The translations under genes were made by a program, and so were the position numbers. A DNA stretch of 24,000 bases, taken from the NCBI GenBank assembly GCA_963662265.2, contig CAXXHA010000036.1:14247-38246 (forward strand), written 5' to 3'. The notes under the pieces were generated by a model, which saw only the letters and a program-made list of their open reading frames with translations, had not been told where the DNA came from and made no database searches. Source of the stretch: Spirochaetia bacterium. GTDB taxonomy: Bacteria > Spirochaetota > Spirochaetia > CADAEX01. How positions within the stretch are numbered: position 1 is the stretch's first letter; each line of letters begins with the position of its first letter. Shown here piece after piece: positions 16,486 to 24,000 of the stretch.

Positions 16486-17601
16486 ATGTCAGATTTTATC
16501 AGTGATGCTGTTGTACTGATTGTTGATGATACTCCGCAGAATATTGATATATTACTTGAATCTCTGGGAGATTTGTATTCTATCCAGGTTGCAGTCAACG
16601 GTAAAGAGGCTCTTGAAGCAGTAGCGGAAGATCCTCCCGATTTAATACTTCTGGATGTTCTGATGCCGGAAATTAACGGTTATGAAGTATGCCGTAGGCT
16701 GAAGAATGATTTCCCGGCTGCTGATATCCCGGTGATTTTTCTCACAGCTCTTTCTGAAATGGATCAGAAAACAAAGGGGTTTGAACTGGGCGCTGTTGAT
16801 TTCATTACAAAACCATTTGATATCCGTGAAGTTAAAGCCCGAGTAAAGACACATCTTGTAAATAAATTCGCAGGTGATTTCCTTAAAAATCAGAACAGTT
16901 TTCTTGAAACAATGGTGAAAAAAAGAACCTTTCAGATAGAAAATATCCAGAATGTCACAATACGGATGGCTGCTTCTCTGGCGGAAACACGCGACAATGA
17001 AACAGGTGATCATATCAAGCGTACTCAAAAGTATGTTGCCGCATTTTTAAATATGCTGTCAGAAGAAAACTTATACCCGGAATATATAAATGAAGAAAGC
17101 ATTGATCTGATGATCAAGTCGGCCCCTCTTCATGATATAGGGAAAATCGGGGTTGCTGACAAAATACTTCTGAAACCGGGAAAACTCACCAATGAAGAGT
17201 TTGATGAGATGAAAAAACATACAATTTACGGGAATGAATCTCTGCTCAGGGCTGAAGAGGAGATTAAAGATGAATCATTTCTCCGCTTTGCCAGGGAAAT
17301 AGCTTATACACATCATGAGAAGTGGGACGGGTCGGGATACCCTGAAGGGGTATCTGGTGACGAAATACCTCTTTCGGGACGAATAATGGCAATTGCAGAT
17401 GTTTATGATGCTTTGATTTCAAAACGGGTGTATAAACCGCCTTTTACACACAGCAAAGCTGTTTCTATTATAAATGAAGGGAAGGGGCATCATTTTGATC
17501 CCGTTCTTATTGAATGTTTTGGCAAAATTGAAGAATCATTCAGGCAGATTGCTCTTGAGTATGTAGAGAGTGATGATGAACGGGAAGCATTATTAAGATA
17601 A
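16486..17601 (+). CDS. Response regulator with an HD-GYP domain (RpfG-type c-di-GMP phosphodiesterase), paralog 2
   Basis: 371 aa, collinear with and roughly 55-60% identical by eye to paralog 1. REC: LIVDDTPQNID, LILLDVLMPEINGY, ITKPF. HD-GYP: PLHDIGKIGV, HHEKWDGSGYPEGV, MAIADVYDALISKRVYK. A GGGGAG RBS is present. Confidence 0.92.
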   Translation: MSDFISDAVVLIVDDTPQNIDILLESLGDLYSIQVAVNGKEALEAVAEDPPDLILLDVLMPEINGYEVCRRLKNDFPAADIPVIFLTALSEMDQKTKGFELGAVDFITKPFDIREVKARVKTHLVNKFAGDFLKNQNSFLETMVKKRTFQIENIQNVTIRMAASLAETRDNETGDHIKRTQKYVAAFLNMLSEENLYPEYINEESIDLMIKSAPLHDIGKIGVADKILLKPGKLTNEEFDEMKKHTIYGNESLLRAEEEIKDESFLRFAREIAYTHHEKWDGSGYPEGVSGDEIPLSGRIMAIADVYDALISKRVYKPPFTHSKAVSIINEGKGHHFDPVLIECFGKIEESFRQIALEYVESDDEREALLR

Positions 17602-17618
17602 AAACACAAAGGTAAAAT

Positions 17619-20600
17619 ATGTATTTATATGATATGAAAAAAACAACTCTTCATGTGATAATGCTTTTTGTCATATTTGGTACAGGAACTGTTTTTCCGC
17701 AGGAAAAGTCCATTTCCAGCTGCAGCGGAGGAATGATTCAGGCAGGGGAGGAAAGGCAATGGGTAAAAGCAGGATTTTCCGGAAATGCTGCAGATGAAGT
17801 ACCTGATTATGAGAACAGATCAATACAGGAAAAATGGTTATCAGTATTTGAATTAAAAGATATTTATGCGGGGGAAAGCAGTGGTAATAAACCTGTTATA
17901 TTCAGGGTGTTTATCCTGGTAACACTGTTTCTTCTGGCAATATTCCTGTTCCAGGGATTTCTTAAAAAGAAAAGCAGCGAAAGTGTTAAATTCGATATAA
18001 GGCGGATGAGAATTACTACTCTTGTGATACTGGCTTTCTGTATGACATGTATTCTTACAATAACAATATATTCAGTCAGAAATATCAGAAATAATGCTGT
18101 AGAAAAAGTGCATGATAATCTTGATGTTGTTCTGTCTACTGTAACTGAAGTTCTTACAAGCTGGATTGACAAAAATCTTACCCAGGTCCGGATGGAAACC
18201 CAGAAAGAAGATTTTGTCTCTCGTGTAAGTAATATAACTGCTGTCCCGTCTGACAGGGAAACATTACTGAAAAGTGAAGAACTCAGGAATTTCCGGGATT
18301 ATTTTTCACGGGAAAATCCGTATTCCTTTTCCGAAGGTTTTTTTATAATATCGGATGACGGGATTAATATTGCGTCACACGATGATGAAAGCATAGGCAG
18401 GGCCAATTTTGTATTTAAAAACCGTCCTGAACTTCTGGAACTCGCATTTCTCGGAAAAAGCATGTTTATTCCCCCTGTTCTCAGAGAAGCAGATGGCTGG
18501 TCTCCCGGTTCATGCAGTCAATCCTGCCTGTTCTATGCTGTTCCTGTTTTAAATTCGGAAAACAATGTTATTGCTGTAATGATACAAAGAGAAGATCCTG
18601 AAAAGGATTTCGGAAGATTCTGCAGGATGGGAAGAATTGGAGAAAGCGGTGAAACCTATGCATTTGACAGAAATGGTTTTATGCTTACAAACAGCCGTTT
18701 TGATGATCAGCTTCTTTCAATAGGTTTGCTGAAAGAGGGATCAGTCAGCGCTCTGAATATACAGCTCAGGGATCCTGGTGTTAATCTGCTTGAGGGGGAA
18801 AACAGCCCTTTAAACAGAGATGATCAGCCGTTTACCTTAATGTTCAGACATGCTTCAAGCAGCGAATTCGGTTATAACATCGAGGGGTACCGCGATTACC
18901 GGGGAGTTGATGTTTTCGGTGCCTGGCGATGGTTTGATGAATATAATTTCGGTATTGCATCGGAAATAGATATTACAGATGCTTTGAGTTCCTATTCCAC
19001 GATACAGACTGCAATTTATATTATCATTGCAATAGCCTTTTTCCTTGCTTCGGGAACAACACTTTTCAGTATTCATACAGGCGAAAGGGCGAATAAGTCG
19101 CTCTCAGAGGCAAATGAAAATCTTGAAAAGAGAGTTGCTATGCGGACTGCAGAACTTTCAGAAGCAAGAAACAAGACAGAGGCAATTCTTGAGGCTTCAA
19201 CAAACGGAATAATCACTATTGACGAAAAAGGGATTATTGAAACTTTCAATCCGGCAGCAGAACATATTTTCGGCTACAGTAAAGATGAAGTTATAGGGCA
19301 GAATGTGAAAATCCTGATGCCTTTGGAGTATTCCGAAAAACATGACGGGTATCTCGGTAATTATATTGATACAGGAATAAAGATGGCTATAGGGCGAAGG
19401 TTTGAAAAAGAGGGACTGCGGAAATCCGGACAGCTGATACCTCTTGAAATAGGCATTAATGAAGTACATCTTAAAGACAGGCGTCTTTTTACTGCAATTA
19501 TGAATGATATTTCCGAGAGGAAAGCTTCTGAAGAAGCTCTTATAACGGCTAAAAGAAACAATGAATTTGCAGCAGAGACAGCAGGTCTTGCCTACTGGGA
19601 ACAGGATTTAACAGAAAAAACATTTACTGTTAATGACAGTTTTTTCAAGCTTGCTGATACAAGTTATGTTAGGGAAGGCTGTTATGTTTATCCTGTCAAT
19701 GAATTCCTTGACCAGTTTGTATATCATGGAGACCTTGACAAGGTTGTTGAAAAATTTTTAGAAGCTGAAAAAACAACATCAGACATTGCAGATCAGTTTG
19801 AATACCGGCTGGTCCTCCGGAGCGGAGGATTCAGGTACGGGTATATGAAATATTTTGTGATTCATGACAGCCATGGAAATGCTGTTAAAATTACAGGAAT
19901 ACATCTTGATATTACAGAAAGAAAAAAAATAGAAATGGAGCTTGCAGAGGCAAAAGAAGCAGCTGAAGCAGCGGCAAAGATAAAGTCTGATTTTCTCGCA
20001 AATATGAGCCATGAAATAAGGACTCCTATGAATGCTATCATCGGGCTGTCCCATCTTATAAGCAAAACAAGGCTTACGAAAAAGCAGGAAGATTATATCC
20101 ATAAAATATTCGGCTCTGCCCACAATCTGCTTGGCATTATAAATGATATTCTGGATTTTTCAAAAATAGAAGCTGGAAAGCTTGCTATGGAATCAGTTGA
20201 TTTTGATCTTAATGAAGTTTTTGATAATCTTGGCAACATGATAGCGGGAAAGGCATATGATAAGAAACTGGAGCTTGTATTTCATGTAAATACAGATGTT
20301 CCTGTGAAACTTGTCGGTGATCCTCTCCGCCTGGGGCAGGTGCTGCTGAACCTTGCAAATAATGCTGTCAAATTCACCGAAGCAGGTGAAATTGCTGTAT
20401 CTGCTGAACTTGTGAATCTTGAAAACAATGAAGCTGAAATAAAATTCATAGTCCGTGATACAGGGATCGGACTCACAGAAGATCAGATGAACACCCTTTT
20501 TCAGGCTTTTTCCCAGGCAGATACTTCAACAACCAGAAAATACGGAGGGACCGGACTGGGGCTTTCGATCAGTAAGAAGCTTTCTGAAATGATGGGCGGC

Positions 20601-22163
20601 CGTATCTGGGTTGAGAGTATATTCGGCGAAGGTTCAACATTTTATTTTACCGGAAAATATAAAGTCAGGCATGTTGAAACACATAAGATTTTTCCGGCAG
20701 GACTCCGCGGTCTTGATGTTCTGATTGCTGATGATAATTCCACCAGCCAGAAAGTTCTACTTGAATATTTGAAGGATTTTGAATTGAATCCTGTTGCGGT
20801 GGATAATGGCACAGAAGCTGTTCAGATAATCAGGAAGAGACTGGAAGATGGAGTTAAGGGGTTTGATCTTGTGCTTCTGGATTTCAGCATGCCTGGTCTT
20901 AATGGATTTCAGACAGCTGAAAAAATAAATGAAATACTGGGTAAGAATGAAAGGCCGAGATATATACTTGTAACAGGATTTGGCCGTGATGAAGTTATCA
21001 ATGGTATTGAAAGATACGGGTTTGAAGGATTCCTTCTGAAACCGGTCAATCAGTCGCTCCTGTTCAATACAATTATGCAGGCTTTCGGCCGTGAAAGAAA
21101 AGATACAGGAAAAACAATAACAGAAAAATTTCCGAACGGCTTTGACAGCATCAGGGGCGCTGAAATACTTCTTGTAGAGGATAATGAAATCAATCAGCAG
21201 GTAGCAAGGGAGGTGCTTGAAAGGGAAGGTTTCTCTGTTGATGTTGCTGATAATGGGGAGATTTCTCTTGAGATGCTGTCTGAAAAAAAATATGACCTGG
21301 TATTGATGGATCTGCAGATGCCTGTAATGGGGGGAGTCGAGGCAACAGGAGAGATCAGGAAGAATGATGAATTTAAAGAACTCCCTGTTATTGCAATGAC
21401 TGCAGATGCAATGTCAGGGGTCAGGGAAATGGTCCTTGAAAAAGGGATGAATGACTATATTACAAAACCTATTGAGCCGTATTTTCTATGGAAAACAATG
21501 GTTAAATGGATTGTGCCGGGAGAAGGGAAATTTTCTGATATCAACAGAATGGAGAGACCTTCTGAGGAAGCAGGGGAAATTCCTGAAATTGATGGGCTTG
21601 ATATCAATTCCGGATTAAACCGGATGTCCGGTAATTTCGAGCTTTATAAAAATCTTCTGATAAAGTTTTTCAGGGAATATACAGATTTAAGCATGATAAT
21701 TTCTGAAGATGCGGAAAACGGCCGAACAGATGATGCTGTAAGGACTGCCCATTCTGTTAAGGGGGTGTCTGGTAATCTTGGCGCGACAAAGATCCAGGTT
21801 AAAATGGCTGATATCGAGAACAAGCTTAAAAACAGTAAAGATTACAGAGACGATCTTTCTGAGGCTGAATCAATGATTCGTAATCTCGCTGAAAAGGCTG
21901 AAAAAGCAGGGCTTCTTGAAAACCAGGAGGAGCCTTCAGATAAAAGTATGGAGATTTCCAGGGAAGAGCTTACTGCCAGGCTGACAATAGCTGTCGACTC
22001 TCTTTCAAGGAGAAAGCCCAGGACTGCTATTACTGTGCTTGAAGAGCTGGGAAAGTGTGATTTTGACAAAGAAACCGGGGAAAAACTATCTGAAGCAAGG
22101 ACTCTTCTTGCAAGATACAGGATGAAAGAGGCTTCAGAGCTGCTCAGGGGTATAATAGGCTAG
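17619..22163 (+). CDS. Membrane hybrid sensor histidine kinase (extracytoplasmic Cache-like domain, 2 PAS, HisKA-HATPase-REC-REC-Hpt)
   Basis: 1514 aa. It has an N-terminal signal-like segment, TM helices near residues 93-115, 131-153 and 466-486, and an extracytoplasmic region of about 310 aa with Cache/PDC-type strings (GESGETYAFDRNGFMLTNSRF, YRDYRGVDVFGAWRW). There are two PAS-like domains. H-box [18 protein letters not shown] (His798), GGTGLGL, two receivers, and Hpt motif HSVKGVSGNLGA. ATG 17634 (MKKTTLH...) is an alternative start. Confidence 0.9.
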   Translation: MYLYDMKKTTLHVIMLFVIFGTGTVFPQEKSISSCSGGMIQAGEERQWVKAGFSGNAADEVPDYENRSIQEKWLSVFELKDIYAGESSGNKPVIFRVFILVTLFLLAIFLFQGFLKKKSSESVKFDIRRMRITTLVILAFCMTCILTITIYSVRNIRNNAVEKVHDNLDVVLSTVTEVLTSWIDKNLTQVRMETQKEDFVSRVSNITAVPSDRETLLKSEELRNFRDYFSRENPYSFSEGFFIISDDGINIASHDDESIGRANFVFKNRPELLELAFLGKSMFIPPVLREADGWSPGSCSQSCLFYAVPVLNSENNVIAVMIQREDPEKDFGRFCRMGRIGESGETYAFDRNGFMLTNSRFDDQLLSIGLLKEGSVSALNIQLRDPGVNLLEGENSPLNRDDQPFTLMFRHASSSEFGYNIEGYRDYRGVDVFGAWRWFDEYNFGIASEIDITDALSSYSTIQTAIYIIIAIAFFLASGTTLFSIHTGERANKSLSEANENLEKRVAMRTAELSEARNKTEAILEASTNGIITIDEKGIIETFNPAAEHIFGYSKDEVIGQNVKILMPLEYSEKHDGYLGNYIDTGIKMAIGRRFEKEGLRKSGQLIPLEIGINEVHLKDRRLFTAIMNDISERKASEEALITAKRNNEFAAETAGLAYWEQDLTEKTFTVNDSFFKLADTSYVREGCYVYPVNEFLDQFVYHGDLDKVVEKFLEAEKTTSDIADQFEYRLVLRSGGFRYGYMKYFVIHDSHGNAVKITGIHLDITERKKIEMELAEAKEAAEAAAKIKSDFLANMSHEIRTPMNAIIGLSHLISKTRLTKKQEDYIHKIFGSAHNLLGIINDILDFSKIEAGKLAMESVDFDLNEVFDNLGNMIAGKAYDKKLELVFHVNTDVPVKLVGDPLRLGQVLLNLANNAVKFTEAGEIAVSAELVNLENNEAEIKFIVRDTGIGLTEDQMNTLFQAFSQADTSTTRKYGGTGLGLSISKKLSEMMGGRIWVESIFGEGSTFYFTGKYKVRHVETHKIFPAGLRGLDVLIADDNSTSQKVLLEYLKDFELNPVAVDNGTEAVQIIRKRLEDGVKGFDLVLLDFSMPGLNGFQTAEKINEILGKNERPRYILVTGFGRDEVINGIERYGFEGFLLKPVNQSLLFNTIMQAFGRERKDTGKTITEKFPNGFDSIRGAEILLVEDNEINQQVAREVLEREGFSVDVADNGEISLEMLSEKKYDLVLMDLQMPVMGGVEATGEIRKNDEFKELPVIAMTADAMSGVREMVLEKGMNDYITKPIEPYFLWKTMVKWIVPGEGKFSDINRMERPSEEAGEIPEIDGLDINSGLNRMSGNFELYKNLLIKFFREYTDLSMIISEDAENGRTDDAVRTAHSVKGVSGNLGATKIQVKMADIENKLKNSKDYRDDLSEAESMIRNLAEKAEKAGLLENQEEPSDKSMEISREELTARLTIAVDSLSRRKPRTAITVLEELGKCDFDKETGEKLSEARTLLARYRMKEASELLRGIIG

Positions 22164-22224
22164 AGAAACTGGTATTAAAATACAATAAAAATCGGGGAAG
22201 CAGTTGATCCAGAAAGGATGAATT

Positions 22225-22575
22225 ATGATTTTAATAGTAGATGATACACCTTCTAATATTGATATTGTCATGGAAATAATAGGTGAAATTGATGATGTTG
22301 CTGTTGCTCTTGACGGAGAAGAAGCACTAGAAATTATCAAAGAGGATATTCCCGATATTGTTCTTCTTGATATTGTAATGCCTGGAATAGATGGTTTTGA
22401 AGTATGCAGAAGAATTAAGGGAAATCCTGATACGGAAAAAATAGCTGTAATATTTCTTTCGGGAGATGGGGCTGAAGAGGAGAAGTCAAAAGCCGGAGAA
22501 ATTGGAGCCTCCGGTTTTCTTGAAAAGCCGATTGATCCTGAAAAACTGCTTGCAGCAGTAAAAGCTTTTATATGA
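22225..22575 (+). CDS. Stand-alone receiver (CheY-like single-domain response regulator)
   Basis: 116 aa. ILIVDDTPSNIDI, IVLLDIVMPGIDGFEV, VIFLSG and LEKPI provide all the canonical acidic/Asp/Ser/Lys positions. The N-terminal VDDTPxNID string matches the receivers of the two HD-GYP proteins. An AAAGGA RBS is present. Confidence 0.88.
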   Translation: MILIVDDTPSNIDIVMEIIGEIDDVAVALDGEEALEIIKEDIPDIVLLDIVMPGIDGFEVCRRIKGNPDTEKIAVIFLSGDGAEEEKSKAGEIGASGFLEKPIDPEKLLAAVKAFI

Positions 22576-22650
22576 AAAGAATATTGAGAAGAGATGCCTG
22601 ATATGTTTTCCAGCTGAGAGTGGAATTCATATATAATTACCATATCATTC

Positions 22651-22679
22651 TTGACTTCTGAAAATCATAATCCTATCCT
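22651..22679 (+). promoter_or_regulatory. Candidate sigma70-type promoter for the binding-protein/sensor pair
   Basis: TTGACT (22651-22656), a 17-nt spacer, then TATCCT (22674-22679), about 40 nt upstream of ATG 22718. Resemblance only. Confidence 0.25.
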
Positions 22680-22717
22680 TAAATTTAACTGTAAAATAAT
22701 TAAAAAAGGGTTGTTGA

Positions 22718-23677
22718 ATGCCGGTTCTGTTTAAATCTAAATACTGCATTATTTGTCTTCTAGTAATTCTCACCTGTACTGTGCTGCTTTCAGGATGTTT
22801 TTCAGAATCCGGAAAAAAAGAAGCGGAAAAAGATGCCGGGTTAAACAGCCCGGTTTATTCTGATTCCGTAAGCGGCAAAAAACTTGTGATAGGTGATGTT
22901 TCAGATGAGCCTACTAAAAAAATAAGAAGGTATCAGCCTTTTGCTGAATATATTGTTTCAGAAGACAGAATTCCCGGATACGGCATCGGAGAAGTATATG
23001 TAACAGATTCACTGGAAAAAATGACAGAGGAATTTGAAAAAGGCAATGTCCACATAATTATTGAGGGAGCTTACAATGCCCTGAAAATAGCTGATAAGGC
23101 AGGGGCCTGCCGGATACTTCTGAACAACAAGGAGGGGCTGATATTTTTCAAAAGTTATTTTATAGCACTCAAAGATTCTCCCTGCAGCAGCCTTGAAGAT
23201 CTGGGCGGTAAAACACTGGCTCTTGAAGATACCGAGTCCACATCAGGTTATTTCCTGCCGATTCTTGAACTTCAGAAAAACAATTTCAATGTTTCCGGTT
23301 TGAACGGAAATAATGAATATCTCAAGACAGTACTATCAGGCGAGGATGAAATAATTATTCAGGATCTTTTTGACATGAGGGCGGATGCCGGGGTGTATTC
23401 TGAATATGATTTCGAAGAACTTAATAAAAATGTCAGGGAAAAGCTTAAAGTCATACATGTTACAGAAGCGCTTCCGCGGAGTCTTCTTATTCTTTCCCCT
23501 GCATTGAGTAAATCCGACTGTGAAAGGATTTCTGATACCTTACTTGAGTTGAGTAATTCTGAACAGGGAAAATCCATGCTTGAACATATCAACTCTGATG
23601 GTTTTTATTCTGTCAGGGATTTCAGCATTGCGGAAAATAATCTTGATTTATTAATGGAAAAAGCCGGTGAAATATGA
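22718..23677 (+). CDS. Lipoprotein, PhnD-like (phosphonate/phosphite ABC-type) periplasmic solute-binding protein
   Basis: 319 aa. The signal peptide has lipobox LLSGC. PhnD-family-like strings are present: KLVIGDVSDEPTKKIRRYQPFAEYI, LEDTESTSGYFLPI and GADAGVYSEYDF-type segments. No ABC permease or ATPase gene is adjacent; a sensor-like membrane protein follows instead. Confidence 0.65.
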   Translation: MPVLFKSKYCIICLLVILTCTVLLSGCFSESGKKEAEKDAGLNSPVYSDSVSGKKLVIGDVSDEPTKKIRRYQPFAEYIVSEDRIPGYGIGEVYVTDSLEKMTEEFEKGNVHIIIEGAYNALKIADKAGACRILLNNKEGLIFFKSYFIALKDSPCSSLEDLGGKTLALEDTESTSGYFLPILELQKNNFNVSGLNGNNEYLKTVLSGEDEIIIQDLFDMRADAGVYSEYDFEELNKNVREKLKVIHVTEALPRSLLILSPALSKSDCERISDTLLELSNSEQGKSMLEHINSDGFYSVRDFSIAENNLDLLMEKAGEI

Positions 23678-24000
23678 ATTAAGAAAATGGATAAGCAATA
23701 AATACAACTCATTCCAGTACAGGGTACTGATGATCTTTTTTTCTGTACTGATGCCTGTCATGATGGTGATATTTATAATTACTGCCGCAAACGAGGTGAG
23801 TTTTTACAACAATTATATCAATGAGACAGGGCATTTTTTTGCAGATGTAATAGAAAACAGTATCAGCGACAGCCTCTATTTCAAGGAATATTTCAGGATA
23901 GGGGATATTTTTGACAAAACAGTTATGAATTCGGACTACACATCCTGCAGAATTTACGACAGAAGAGGTATTCTTATTGCCAACAGCAATAATGATATTT
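23667..24000 (+). CDS. Membrane-anchored protein, 5' fragment (probable sensor partner of the binding protein); runs off the right window edge
   Basis: Not in the supplied ORF track, because no stop lies within the window. The frame is open from stop TAA 23652-23654 to nt 24000. The first start is GTG 23667 (11-nt overlap with the upstream gene); ATG 23730 is an alternative. Translation: (M)KYELRKWISNKYNSFQYRVLMIFFSVLMPVMMVIFIITAANEV..., a basic N-terminus, then one TM helix, then a soluble domain. Confidence 0.5.
   Translation, partial: MKYELRKWISNKYNSFQYRVLMIFFSVLMPVMMVIFIITAANEVSFYNNYINETGHFFADVIENSISDSLYFKEYFRIGDIFDKTVMNSDYTSCRIYDRRGILIANSNNDI

Noticed and set aside
22134-22643. 169-aa minus-strand ORF
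   Set aside because: It lies antisense across the entire stand-alone receiver gene. Its Ser/Ile-rich composition is typical of a shadow frame, while the plus-strand REC has every canonical motif.

Overview
Low-GC (about 40% by eye) bacterial chromosomal window with no tRNA or rRNA genes, CRISPR arrays or mobile elements. Taxonomy cannot be established from the sequence alone. The left part (1-9.9 kb) is housekeeping: a 3' gene fragment, an M20 metallohydrolase, an SH3b lipoprotein translationally coupled to an ABC-F ATPase, a rhomboid protease, a 448-bp very AT-rich spacer carrying phased repeats, single-chain pyruvate carboxylase, and a clean intrinsic terminator. The right part (9.9-24 kb) is a dense signalling island and the most interesting region. 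On the minus strand sits a stressosome-type cassette of four genes: PAS-STAS RsbR-like, STAS RsbS-like, RsbT-like kinase and RsbX-like PP2C phosphatase. No sigma or anti-sigma genes accompany it. Instead it is chained by overlapping or abutting stop/start codons to a soluble HK-REC-REC-Hpt hybrid kinase. Transcribed divergently from a 434-bp AT-rich region are two tandem REC-HD-GYP (c-di-GMP phosphodiesterase) paralogs. They are followed by a 1514-aa Cache/PAS hybrid kinase whose catalytic core is a paralog of the stressosome-linked kinase, a stand-alone receiver, a PhnD-like lipoprotein binding protein, and the start of a membrane sensor that is absent from the ORF track. Notable details are an RsbS-like protein with Arg at the canonical phospho-Ser59 position, a Cys/His cluster in the RsbR PAS domain, and a possible degenerate RsbT-like domain at the N-terminus of the soluble kinase. 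All homology statements come from motif recognition and by-eye alignment; no searches were run.
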